DNA of 64,000 nucleotides from a virus, in IMG/VR virus record IMGVR_UViG_3300030451_004287, positions 32,001 to 96,000 of that record; one strand, written 5' to 3'. How positions within the stretch are numbered: the first letter of the stretch is position 1; every line of letters starts with the position of its first letter. Below the pieces are notes generated by a model. The model did not search any database and was not told the DNA's origin. It saw only the letters and a list, made by a program, of their open reading frames with translations. Of this stretch, positions 16,946 to 26,261 are shown in pieces. Position numbers and translations under genes: made by a program.

Positions 16946-17344
16946 ATGAAAACTAATAAATACCTAGATCGTTTAAATAATTATAAATTCCCAGAAGAAG
17001 CAATCGCTCGTAAGGTATACAAGTACGAAAATCCCCGAACTGGGCAGATTTACGAATATAATCGCACAGGATACTATGTTAAAGATGGTGTTGTGCTAAG
17101 ATTGCTGCCTGCTAGTGCAGAAGCGGACAGACCCGGTTTATGGGAAAATATCCGTAGAAAAAAAGAACGTGAAGGGAAAAATTACAAACCGGCTAAAACT
17201 GTCAAAGAAGGCAGACCAACTCAAGAGCAATTAAAGAGGGCGCAATCAGAACCAACTGAAAAACAGAAAAAGGCTCTTGATAAAAATAAAGACGGTAAAA
17301 TAACTAAAGAAGATTTTGAATTACTTCGCAAAGGTAAAAAATAA
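16946..17344 (+). CDS. Basic modular protein with C-terminal EF-hand-like motif
   Basis: DKNKDGKITKEDF EF-hand loop; N-terminus MKTNKYL shared with the 21066 gene. Confidence 0.75.
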   Translation: MKTNKYLDRLNNYKFPEEAIARKVYKYENPRTGQIYEYNRTGYYVKDGVVLRLLPASAEADRPGLWENIRRKKEREGKNYKPAKTVKEGRPTQEQLKRAQSEPTEKQKKALDKNKDGKITKEDFELLRKGKK

Positions 17345-17380
17345 AAGGATGAGCCACAATCCTAAACAAAAGGATATGTG

Positions 17381-19753
17381 ATGTTTAAAAAAACTATAGT
17401 ATTATGTATACTATTCAGTATGTGTAATATTGTTATAGCACAGGAAACTGGTATAAAATTCTTTGAAAAGAATATCAGGTCTGTGTTGACTACTCAATGT
17501 TATTCCTGTCATTCTTCTAATTCTAAAGATGTCAAAGGTGGATTGTCTTTAGATACTAGACAGGGTATATTAAATGGTGGTGATTCTGGGCCATCAGTTG
17601 TTCCCGGTAAGATAGATGAGAGTTTATTATTAGACTATATCGAGTCTGGTGATATGCCACCAGATAATCCTTTGAGTGAAGAAGTTGTAGATAATTTTAG
17701 ACAATGGATTAAAATGGGTATGCCTGACCCAAGATATAAACATGAGAATAGAGCAGTAGAATTAAGACAAGCTAGAAATTTCTGGGCATTTAAAAAAGCT
17801 ACTAAACCGCCTGTTGTTAAATATGATAATGGTACAGAGATAGACGCAATATTGAATCTAGAAATAGAAAAACATAAACTAAAACCAGTAGATGCGGCAG
17901 ACGATTACACTATTGTTCGTAGACTTTATTTTGATCTGATCGGCCTACCACCAAGTATTGAACAAATAAAAGGCTACATAGATGATACCTCAGAGGATAA
18001 GTATGAAAAGTTAGTTGATAGTTTATTGCAGGATGAAGGGTTTGGAGAGAAATGGGGACGACATTGGCTTGATGTAGCAAGGTATGCGGAATCATCTGGA
18101 CAGGATAGGAATTTAGTTAGTCCGTATGCTTGGAGGTATAGAGATTATGTTATAGATAGTTTTAATAACGATAAACCATACGATCAATTTATTACAGAAC
18201 AAATCGCTGGGGATTTACTTCCACATAAAAATTATGAAGAATATAATTCTAACAGGATAGCCACAGGCTTTTTAACAATAGGTACAAAGAATATACAAGC
18301 ACAGATAAAACAGTTTGAAGCTGATCGTAATGATGACCAGATAGATGCTATTACTAGAGGTTTTCTTGGTATGACTTTAAGTTGTGCAAGATGTCATGAT
18401 CATAAGTTTGATCCATTTTCTCAACAAGATTATTATGGTGTTGCTGGCGTATTTAATAATACAGAAAACATGGATGGCTTGTATCGTGGTAATAATAATA
18501 CTGGCTATCTTGGTGACTACGATTTTCTTGTCAATGATAAAACTGAAGAATTATATAAAAAGAAAAAGATTCAAGAGTGGTTTTTACTTTGTGATATTAA
18601 AAATTTAGAAATGCAAATAGAATCTATTAAGACATGGAATAAAAGAGTAACAGAGCAGCAGTTGAAACGAGAACTAGATAAAAGAGAAAAACGATTAGCA
18701 GAAGCAAGGGATAAACTGTCAGACGAGTATTTAAAATACTTAGAACATTTAGAGCCTATTATGTCTGTTAAAGACAAGGACAAGATGACAGAAGTAAAAC
18801 TAGCGATTAGAGGAGAAGTTAATAATCTGGGTGATGAAGTACCAAGAAGATTACCTGAGATATTTAGCGATAGACCTAATCTTAACTTTAATAATACAAG
18901 TGGGCGTTATGAATTAGCGAAATGGATAACACATAAAACTAACCCATTGACTTATAGGGTTCATGTAAACAGGGTGTGGAGACATCTGTTTGGTCAAGGA
19001 ATATTAGATAGTTTTGATAACTTTGGCATATTAGGTGGAGAACCCACTAATCTTAAACTTATGAACTATTTATCTACTAAGTTTATTACGGGTAGACTGT
19101 CAAACAAAAGACTGATTAAAACTATTGTAATGAGTAATGCTTACAAACGTAGTAGTAAGTTTGATAAATATAACTACGAGATTGATCCTGATAATATTTA
19201 TTTTTGGAGAATGAATGAAAAGAGATTAGAGGCTGAACAAATTAGAGATTCATTATTATTTGTATCAGGCAAGCTGGATGAATCGCACAAAAATATTAGT
19301 GATTTTCAACAAGATATAAGACGACCATCTAAAGAATTAAATAAATATATCGGAGAAACAAAAGCTAGATCAATTTACATTCCATCGCTAAGAGATAATA
19401 AGATCGAGGTACTAGACATATTTGATAGACCAGATAATAGTTTACTTAATGCTGAAAGAAGTGTTACGACAGTTTCTACTCAAGCGTTGTTCCTTATGAA
19501 TAATCCTAAGATTATAGCACTAGCAAAAGAACAGGCAGATAAATTACTGGAGCGTAATAAGAAGATGGGTAAAACTATGCCTAAGATATTATATCGTAAT
19601 AACGTAAATGAAATATTTTTAAAATTTTTAGGACGTAGACCTAACAACACCGAACTAGAAACATCAATAAATTTTATAGAAAAAGATAATAACAATCTTG
19701 CACACTTAACACAAATACTAATCTGCACAGGAGAATTTCGTAATGTTAAATAG
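17381..19753 (+). CDS. Planctomycete cytochrome c (PSCyt1) + DUF1549 (PSCyt2) + DUF1553 (PSD1) protein
   Basis: Signal peptide; CYSCH heme motif; GGDSGP..VPG..DESLL; RRLYFDLIGLPP; WGRHWLDVARYAES; CARCHDHKFDP; RVHVNRVWRHLFG; RLEAEQIRDS. Confidence 0.95.
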   Translation: MFKKTIVLCILFSMCNIVIAQETGIKFFEKNIRSVLTTQCYSCHSSNSKDVKGGLSLDTRQGILNGGDSGPSVVPGKIDESLLLDYIESGDMPPDNPLSEEVVDNFRQWIKMGMPDPRYKHENRAVELRQARNFWAFKKATKPPVVKYDNGTEIDAILNLEIEKHKLKPVDAADDYTIVRRLYFDLIGLPPSIEQIKGYIDDTSEDKYEKLVDSLLQDEGFGEKWGRHWLDVARYAESSGQDRNLVSPYAWRYRDYVIDSFNNDKPYDQFITEQIAGDLLPHKNYEEYNSNRIATGFLTIGTKNIQAQIKQFEADRNDDQIDAITRGFLGMTLSCARCHDHKFDPFSQQDYYGVAGVFNNTENMDGLYRGNNNTGYLGDYDFLVNDKTEELYKKKKIQEWFLLCDIKNLEMQIESIKTWNKRVTEQQLKRELDKREKRLAEARDKLSDEYLKYLEHLEPIMSVKDKDKMTEVKLAIRGEVNNLGDEVPRRLPEIFSDRPNLNFNNTSGRYELAKWITHKTNPLTYRVHVNRVWRHLFGQGILDSFDNFGILGGEPTNLKLMNYLSTKFITGRLSNKRLIKTIVMSNAYKRSSKFDKYNYEIDPDNIYFWRMNEKRLEAEQIRDSLLFVSGKLDESHKNISDFQQDIRRPSKELNKYIGETKARSIYIPSLRDNKIEVLDIFDRPDNSLLNAERSVTTVSTQALFLMNNPKIIALAKEQADKLLERNKKMGKTMPKILYRNNVNEIFLKFLGRRPNNTELETSINFIEKDNNNLAHLTQILICTGEFRNVK

Positions 19754-21032
19754 ACGAGGTTTATTACAAGCTAGTAGTTTCGGTTTCGGTATGCTCGCTC
19801 TCAAAGGATTGATGGCAGAAGAAGTAATGAAGAATAATAAGAGAGTTATATTCATGTACATGAATGGAGGTATGACTCATACGGATACCTTTGATTATAA
19901 ACCTTTAATGGTAGAAAAAGATGGAATAGATGATCCTATAAGTAAAGGTAGAAAGATTGTAAAACCAGCAGTGCCTTTAACTCCAGCAGGAAAAAGTGGT
20001 ATAGAAATTAGTGAGAACTTTCCACACCTGCGTAAACATGCAGATAGTTTATGCTTGTTAAATGGCATGAAGAGTAAAACAGGTAATCACAATCAGGCCA
20101 GAAGTTTATTGCATACAGGTAATTTTCAATTCAGTAGACCTAGTATGGGTAGTTGGTTGTTGTATGGTTTGGGTACAGAGAATAAAGAGTTACCGGGATT
20201 CATAACTATAGATGCAAATATCGGGCCTGATAATTATGGAAGTTCTTTTTTACCGGCAGTATATCAAGGCACTGCTATTAATGCTGGTAGTAAAAGCCCT
20301 ATCCCTAATCTTAAAAGTCCGATAGCTTTAGAGAAACAGAGAGAGAACTTAGATTTTCTTAGAGATTTAAACAATCATCAATTAGCCAACAGCGAAAATA
20401 GCAGGCTAGAAGGACTCATTGAAAGTTATGAGTTAGCTTTTAGAATGCAAACAAGTGTTCCTAATACTATTGACATATCAAAAGAATCACAAGAAACCTT
20501 ACAAAAATATGGCATCAACGATAAAGCTACTGCTAAATTTGGCAAACAGTGTTTATTAGCTAAGAAATTTAGTGAGGCAGGAGTTAGGTTCGTAGAGATT
20601 GGTCATGGTGGATGGGATATGCACCAAAATATTAATGACAACTTAAAAAAGAATACTAATGCTATTGATAAACCTATCGCTGCTTTGATACAAGACCTAA
20701 AAGACTCTGGGTTGTTTGAAGATACAATTATATTATTTGGAAGTGAGTTTGGTAGAACTCCCGGTATAAAAGAAGGAGCCACGGGTAGAGACCATAACAA
20801 TGGTGGATTTAGTATGTGGATGGCAGGTGGTGGAGTCAAGGGTGGTATCAGGCATGGTTCCACAGATGATTTTGGTCATAAAGCCGTAGATAGTATGGAT
20901 ATGCACGATTTACACGCTACAATATTACATCTCATGGGAATAGATCATAGTAAACTGACATATAGATATAGTGGTAGGGATTTTAGACTCACTGATGTCT
21001 TTGGGAATATACAATATGATATTATCTCATGA
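19743..21032 (+). CDS. DUF1501 family protein
   Basis: Tat-like NRRGLL; IFMYMNGGMTHTDTFDYKP, RPSMGSW..YGLG, SYELAFRMQ, WDMH, SEFGRTP, GRDH, HDLHATILHLMGIDH, RLTDV. Confidence 0.95.
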   Translation: MLNRRGLLQASSFGFGMLALKGLMAEEVMKNNKRVIFMYMNGGMTHTDTFDYKPLMVEKDGIDDPISKGRKIVKPAVPLTPAGKSGIEISENFPHLRKHADSLCLLNGMKSKTGNHNQARSLLHTGNFQFSRPSMGSWLLYGLGTENKELPGFITIDANIGPDNYGSSFLPAVYQGTAINAGSKSPIPNLKSPIALEKQRENLDFLRDLNNHQLANSENSRLEGLIESYELAFRMQTSVPNTIDISKESQETLQKYGINDKATAKFGKQCLLAKKFSEAGVRFVEIGHGGWDMHQNINDNLKKNTNAIDKPIAALIQDLKDSGLFEDTIILFGSEFGRTPGIKEGATGRDHNNGGFSMWMAGGGVKGGIRHGSTDDFGHKAVDSMDMHDLHATILHLMGIDHSKLTYRYSGRDFRLTDVFGNIQYDIIS

Positions 21033-21034
21033 TG

Positions 21035-21048
21035 GTGTATAATTTAAA
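21035..21048 (+). promoter_or_regulatory. GTGTAT-type putative phage promoter
   Basis: gatggtgtataatttaaaa, 31 nt upstream of ATG 21066. Confidence 0.55.
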
Positions 21049-21065
21049 AGAGGAGAATATATACA

Positions 21066-21512
21066 ATGCAAACTAATAAATACCTAGAAGCCCTGAAAGC
21101 AATAGCTTTACAAAGAGGTAAGCCGGGGCCGAATGATCCAAGAAAAACCCCTGCACCTAAGAAAGACCGTAAAAAAGGATCAAAGAAAAATAAACCAGAT
21201 AGTGCTAAAGATGATAAGGGTAAGATTACGTTCAGTAAAAAAACTGTTGACAGATTAAAGAAAAAAGCGGCTGAACATAATGAAAAAGGTAAAGGAAGTA
21301 AAGCAACATTAGGCGCATTGAAAGCGGTGTATCGTAGAGGTGCTGGAGCATTTAGTACGAGTCATGCTCCTAAAATGAGTAGAGATGGATGGGCGATGGC
21401 AAGAGTCAACGCATTTTTATACTTACTTAGAAATGGCAAACCATCTAATCCAAACTATAAACAAGATAATGATCTTTTACCAAAAGGTCATCCAAGAAGT
21501 TCTAAAAAATAA
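21066..21512 (+). CDS. Basic protein with DUF5824-like module
   Basis: LKAVYRRGAGAFSTSH..P...WAMARVNAFL motif seen in phage and giant-virus proteins; RBS AGGAG. Confidence 0.7.
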   Translation: MQTNKYLEALKAIALQRGKPGPNDPRKTPAPKKDRKKGSKKNKPDSAKDDKGKITFSKKTVDRLKKKAAEHNEKGKGSKATLGALKAVYRRGAGAFSTSHAPKMSRDGWAMARVNAFLYLLRNGKPSNPNYKQDNDLLPKGHPRSSKK

Positions 21513-21823
21513 TGTTTTCTTTTTTTAGTTTTAGATATTTTAGATATGCTAGGAGATCAAGTAAGTGGTCTGCTGTCAGAAAAGAACACTTAAAAAAACA
21601 ACCTTGCTGTGCTGCTTGTGGAAAAACATCTAAACTAGAAGTTCATCATATTAAACCTGTACATAAATTTCCAGAACTAGAATTAGATCCAGACAATCTA
21701 ATAACTCTTTGTGCTGATCCGTGCCATATTATATTTGGGCATTTAAAAAACTGGAAAAGCTGGAACTTGGAAGTAGCAACGGATTGTAATAGATACTATA
21801 CTAAATTGAAAAACAGACCTTAA
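21512..21823 (+). CDS. HNH endonuclease
   Basis: CAACG...LEVHHIKP...NLITLC..PCH. Confidence 0.9.
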   Translation: MFSFFSFRYFRYARRSSKWSAVRKEHLKKQPCCAACGKTSKLEVHHIKPVHKFPELELDPDNLITLCADPCHIIFGHLKNWKSWNLEVATDCNRYYTKLKNRP

Positions 21824-21836
21824 AAGAGGTGGTACA

Positions 21837-22625
21837 ATGAAGAAAGCGATATTAGCATTAGCAATTATGCTATGTGGGTCATTTGGTTTTGCTGGCACTA
21901 TTGATCCAAGTGTTGCAGATAGTAAGTATCTGGAGTTTGGAGAAAAATTTGGATGTGTAAAAAAAATAGAGGTTGACTATGAAACTAAAGAAAAAGGTAA
22001 AAGTTTAGTAGGTTGTGCTTCTTGCGTAGTTATTGGAGATAATTGGGTTTTAACAAGTGCTCACATTTTATTAGCTAAAGCAGAATGCGTATATGTTATT
22101 CATAATGAACATAGACATGTAGTAGATAAAATGTACATTCATAAAGATTTTGATTTTGATCCTAAAAGTGTTCAAGCTGTTGACGAACCATTTGCTGATT
22201 TAGCTTTATGTCATGTCAGAGGTAAACCAGAATTTGAATTTAAAGCATCTATAGTAGATGATAGTGTAATTAATGTTAAGGGTAAAGTAGTGGCTATTTG
22301 TGGATTCGGGGCAAGTGGAACACTCTCAACCGGAGCAACTAGCTTTGATCGCAAAAGGCGAGCAGGGTCAAATATAATTGATGATATTGAAAAAGATATT
22401 TTATTAGCAGGTTCTAGAAAAAATGAGTCTAGGCAAACAACATTAGAGATGTTGGTAGCAACAGGAGATAGTGGGGGTGGGCTTTTTATTGATGGCAAAT
22501 TACTCGGAATTATATCATTCATCAGATCAAGTGATGGTACTAATTCAGATTACGGCGATAGTAGTGGCTTTCTTGATCTACGACAATATAAAAGGTGGAT
22601 AAATGACATTATTGAAAAGAGATAG
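21837..22625 (+). CDS. Secreted trypsin-like (S1) serine protease
   Basis: Signal peptide; WVLTSAH, DLAL, GDSGGGL triad motifs. Confidence 0.9.
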   Translation: MKKAILALAIMLCGSFGFAGTIDPSVADSKYLEFGEKFGCVKKIEVDYETKEKGKSLVGCASCVVIGDNWVLTSAHILLAKAECVYVIHNEHRHVVDKMYIHKDFDFDPKSVQAVDEPFADLALCHVRGKPEFEFKASIVDDSVINVKGKVVAICGFGASGTLSTGATSFDRKRRAGSNIIDDIEKDILLAGSRKNESRQTTLEMLVATGDSGGGLFIDGKLLGIISFIRSSDGTNSDYGDSSGFLDLRQYKRWINDIIEKR

Positions 22626-23529
22626 AGTTTCCCTTCTTCCTTACATTAAAGAAAACATATATGGTTTAAATCCATATACTGATCAAATTACAGGATGGGA
22701 AATCAATAAATTAAATGTTAAAGATTATTGGAAGTACGGAATGGGTGAAGGAGTAAAAGTTGCAGTAATTGATACTGGTTGCGATCTTGATCATCCTGAT
22801 TTAAAAGATAATTTATTAGATAATGGCTATGATTTTATTAATGATAATGATGACCCGTCAGATGATAATGGTCACGGTAGTCATGTGGCAGGAACCATCG
22901 CTGCTTCTAATAATGGTTTAGGAATGGTTGGCGTTGCTCCTAAAGCGAAAATACTTCCTATTAAATCATTAGCTGGTGATGGGTCTGGTGGATTAAAGTC
23001 AATCGTTTTAGGTATACTATGGGCCGTTGAACAAAAGGTTGACATCATCACCATGAGTCTTGGAACTCCGTATCATTCTAAAGCATTACATGATGCTGTT
23101 AAACTAGCGCATTCTAGAGGTATATTATTATTCTGTGCTGCTGGTAATTCTGGCTACAGAGATAATATTATGTATCCAGCAAGATATCCAGAAACAATTA
23201 GTATAGCGGCTATAGATGAAAAATTAAACAGAACGGATTTTAGTTGTAGTGGAAATAGCTTAGACTTTCTAGCACCGGGTCATAATATTTTAAGTTGTGT
23301 TCCTGATGATTCTTACGCTAAAATGAGTGGTACTAGCATGAGCAATCCATTTGCTGCTGGTTGTGCTGCTCTAGCTTTTTCTTCAGTCGGTAAAATGTCT
23401 AGAAGAAAACTAATAGATTTATTTTCTAAGTATACTCTAAAGCTAAAAGATCCTAGTCATGCAGGAATAGTTAAGTATGAGGGTAATGGGATTATAGTAC
23501 CTATTAACCCTTCCCTTCTGCATAATTAA
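22603..23529 (+). CDS. Subtilisin-like S8 serine protease
   Basis: VAVIDTG, HGSHVAGTI, AAGN, SGTSMS. Confidence 0.95.
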   Translation: MTLLKRDRVSLLPYIKENIYGLNPYTDQITGWEINKLNVKDYWKYGMGEGVKVAVIDTGCDLDHPDLKDNLLDNGYDFINDNDDPSDDNGHGSHVAGTIAASNNGLGMVGVAPKAKILPIKSLAGDGSGGLKSIVLGILWAVEQKVDIITMSLGTPYHSKALHDAVKLAHSRGILLFCAAGNSGYRDNIMYPARYPETISIAAIDEKLNRTDFSCSGNSLDFLAPGHNILSCVPDDSYAKMSGTSMSNPFAAGCAALAFSSVGKMSRRKLIDLFSKYTLKLKDPSHAGIVKYEGNGIIVPINPSLLHN

Positions 23530-23576
23530 TAACCAATTATCTTGGATTGTAAAGCTAGAATTTTTTAAAAAAAAAC

Positions 23577-23604
23577 TTGACAATCGGAAGGTTTGTGGTA
23601 GTAT
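23577..23604 (+). promoter_or_regulatory. Sigma70-type promoter TTGACA-16-TAGTAT
   Basis: A-tract followed by ttgacaatcggaaggtttgtggtagtat. Confidence 0.7.
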
Positions 23605-23635
23605 AACTATAACGAAACTCGTAAGATAAGGTAAG

Positions 23636-23818
23636 ATGCAAGAGTTTGAAGATCGTAAAAATTTAAGAAGAGATAACCTGAAGCAGAAGAAATGCAAATC
23701 TTCTAAATCTGAATCTGATGGTAGAGAGCTAAAAAGAAAAACTAAATCTTTTAAATATCAAAAGAGGCAAGATTATGAAGACGAACAATGGGAACAATGG
23801 CAAGAACACTATAGGTAG
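23636..23818 (+). CDS. Small basic hypothetical protein
   Basis: ORF track; RBS AAGG. Confidence 0.6.
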   Translation: MQEFEDRKNLRRDNLKQKKCKSSKSESDGRELKRKTKSFKYQKRQDYEDEQWEQWQEHYR

Positions 23819-24038
23819 AAAAGTAATAAGATTTGTGAAATCTCTTTACAATCATATTACCAAAGGTATGCCTAAGTGTAGTCAGTTCGAAATTGATTCA
23901 AGATATTTAATCTGCCAAGAGTGCGAATCATATTATAATAACCAGTGCTTAGAGTGTGGTTGTTCAGTTAATAGGAACAAGGAATTAATGAATAAGCTGG
24001 CATGGAAAGATCAATCATGCCCTCTTCATAAATGGTAA
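23775..24038 (+). CDS. Cys-rich small protein (DUF6171-like)
   Basis: R..ICxxC...CxxCGC...K......CP..KW pattern. Confidence 0.7.
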   Translation: MKTNNGNNGKNTIGRKVIRFVKSLYNHITKGMPKCSQFEIDSRYLICQECESYYNNQCLECGCSVNRNKELMNKLAWKDQSCPLHKW

Positions 24039-24039
24039 A

Positions 24040-24546
24040 ATGAAAACAATTAATAAGTATAATTGTATAAAGAAGAAAAACCTGTTCGATGTTATTGAAC
24101 AAATACTCAAGGTTAATACTTCTACTAATATATTAGTGCCGTTTGTTTCTTCTGATAATATAGATTTTTCTAATAGATTTATTAAAGCTAGTTTTGATCG
24201 TTATAAAGGTTTTGAAACTAACTTTACTCTTAATAAACCTGTAATCGGTAAGGTTGATTTTTTTAATGTAAAAACAACTAAGTATAAAAATTCTATTATA
24301 TTTGCTAGTATGCCTTGCCATCATATGAAATCTTATGGTAGAAAAATAAATTACGGAGAATTAGCGTCATGTATGCATCAAATTAAAAACACTATTAAAA
24401 GATCTAAAACTTCTAACGATGAATTTAAGATTGAAATACACTCACCAAAATTTGGTACAGGAGTTTCTGGAGGTGATTGGAGAATCATATCAGAACTTAT
24501 AAATGATGTTTGGTCTAATGTAGGAGTCTTTATATATGAACCTTGA
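24040..24546 (+). CDS. Macro-domain-like protein (Poa1p/Tk.4-like)
   Basis: C-terminal IHSPKFGTGVSGGDWRIISELI typical of Poa1p-like macro domains; N-terminal half is divergent. Confidence 0.65.
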   Translation: MKTINKYNCIKKKNLFDVIEQILKVNTSTNILVPFVSSDNIDFSNRFIKASFDRYKGFETNFTLNKPVIGKVDFFNVKTTKYKNSIIFASMPCHHMKSYGRKINYGELASCMHQIKNTIKRSKTSNDEFKIEIHSPKFGTGVSGGDWRIISELINDVWSNVGVFIYEP

Positions 24547-24697
24547 GCAATTAATTATTTTTTGTTTAATTATGTATTCTGGTTGGTACGGCTGGAAGCA
24601 AGCAGGTAAAAAAATTCAAGCCACAAGGAAGGGTGAGCTTCCCGGTTACAACTCCAAAGATAATCAATCATACTTTTTCTTTATAGATTACGATTAA
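24536..24697 (+). CDS. 53-aa single-TM protein
   Basis: Read manually: MNLEQLIIFCLIMYSGWYGWKQ...; RBS AGGAG. Confidence 0.55.
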   Translation: MNLEQLIIFCLIMYSGWYGWKQAGKKIQATRKGELPGYNSKDNQSYFFFIDYD

Positions 24698-24698
24698 T

Positions 24699-25229
24699 AT
24701 GCAAAAATTATTAGGACACAGAGTTTACCTAGCAGGCCCAATGGATCGTGTTAAGGATAGAGGTAGAACTTGGAGAAATAAAATTACTCCTACATTATCG
24801 TCAATGGGTTTAAATGTTTTAAATCCTTTGAAGAAGCCAACCTCTGTTGGGTTGGAAAATAACGATACTGCTGAATACAAAAATAAACTTAAAAAGAAAC
24901 AAGAGTACGATAAACTATCTTCTTTAATGAAAGAAATTAGGGCTGTTGATTTAAGAATGGTAGATACTAGTGATTTTATAATAGCTAGTTTAGATTTAGA
25001 TGTACATTTGTGTGGAACTTTAGAAGAAATATTTTGGGCTAATAGACAAAAGAAACCTATATTAATTCGTATGGAGCAAGGCAAAAAGAATACTCCAGAC
25101 TGGTTGTTCGGAACTATCCCTCATGAATTTATATTTGACGACTGGGATTCTCTTGTATATTATATCAATGAAGTAAACAATGGAAATAACATAGAAACAT
25201 ACAACAGATGGTGTTTCTTTAATTATTAA
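24699..25229 (+). CDS. Nucleoside 2-deoxyribosyltransferase-like protein
   Basis: VYLAGPM, LNPL, DL..VD.SD, GTLEE motifs. Confidence 0.8.
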   Translation: MQKLLGHRVYLAGPMDRVKDRGRTWRNKITPTLSSMGLNVLNPLKKPTSVGLENNDTAEYKNKLKKKQEYDKLSSLMKEIRAVDLRMVDTSDFIIASLDLDVHLCGTLEEIFWANRQKKPILIRMEQGKKNTPDWLFGTIPHEFIFDDWDSLVYYINEVNNGNNIETYNRWCFFNY

Positions 25230-26261
25230 ATGAAGATTATACAAGATACAAAACTAGATTTTGATGACGTTTTAATTAAACCTAAAAGGTCTAATCTTAA
25301 AAGTAGATCAGAGGTAGTTCTCAATAGAGAATTTATTTTTCCTCACAGTGCTAGAAGTTTAGCATGTGTTCCTATATTTGCCGCCAACATGGACACTACA
25401 GGCTCTATGCAAATGGCAGACAAGTTGCAGGAATTTAATTGTTGCACCTGCTTGCATAAACACTACTCTCAAAAAGAATTAATTAAATATTTTAAAATAT
25501 ATAAACCTTTAGTGTTTTATTCGACAGGCATATCGTCTGCTGATATTAAAAAATTAACAGCAGTATTTGATCAATTAGATAAGAAGCCAAATATTTGTGT
25601 TGATGTTGCTAACGGCTATAGCGAAAACTTTGTAAAAGTTATAAAACAAATTAGAACATTATATCCAGATATAATTATCATGGCAGGTAATGTTGTAACA
25701 CCAGAAATGGTAGAAGAATTAATTTTTCATGGCGGTGTTGATATAGTTAAAGTTGGTATAGGTTCAGGTAGTGTTTGTACTACTAGATTAAAAACAGGGG
25801 TTGGCTACCCTCAACTTTCAGCTATTATGGAGTGTGCAGATGCCGCACATGGAGTTGGTGGTCATGTATGTAGTGATGGTGGTTGTAGAACCGCTGCCGA
25901 CGTATGTAAAGCATTTGGTGCTAATTCAGATTTTGTAATGTTAGGTAGTATGTTAGCTGGCACAGATTGCTGTGAAGGGGAATGGGAATATGTAGGAGAG
26001 ACAAAAAAAAGTTTAAATTTCTATGGTATGAGTAGCTGGAAAGCTATGAAAAAACATGGATCAGAAGTTGCTCAATATAGAACAAGCGAAGGCAAGTGTG
26101 TTAATATACCATACAAAGGTGAAACTTCTAAAGCAATTTTAGATGTTTTAGGAGGATTGCGAAGTTGTTGTACATATATAGGTTCTCATAAATTAAAAGA
26201 TATCGGTAAAAAAACTACTTTTATTTTAGTCAATAATACTCATAACAGGATATATAAATGA
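25230..26261 (+). CDS. guaC: GMP reductase
   Basis: LDFDDVLIKPKRS, ANMDTTG, DVANGYSE, KVGIGSGSVCTTR, YRTSEGK, ILDVLGGLRSCCTY. Confidence 0.95.
   Translation: MKIIQDTKLDFDDVLIKPKRSNLKSRSEVVLNREFIFPHSARSLACVPIFAANMDTTGSMQMADKLQEFNCCTCLHKHYSQKELIKYFKIYKPLVFYSTGISSADIKKLTAVFDQLDKKPNICVDVANGYSENFVKVIKQIRTLYPDIIIMAGNVVTPEMVEELIFHGGVDIVKVGIGSGSVCTTRLKTGVGYPQLSAIMECADAAHGVGGHVCSDGGCRTAADVCKAFGANSDFVMLGSMLAGTDCCEGEWEYVGETKKSLNFYGMSSWKAMKKHGSEVAQYRTSEGKCVNIPYKGETSKAILDVLGGLRSCCTYIGSHKLKDIGKKTTFILVNNTHNRIYK

Noticed and set aside
20315-20324. AAGTCCGATA, a 10-nt match to the predicted unit-1 target
   Set aside because: A partial 10-nt match is expected by chance over both strands of 64 kb with five guides.
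17381-21032. Bacterial chromosome or host contamination
   Set aside because: These genes share the low GC and Pro-Gly codon bias of the flanking phage genes and sit between phage-type promoter motifs.
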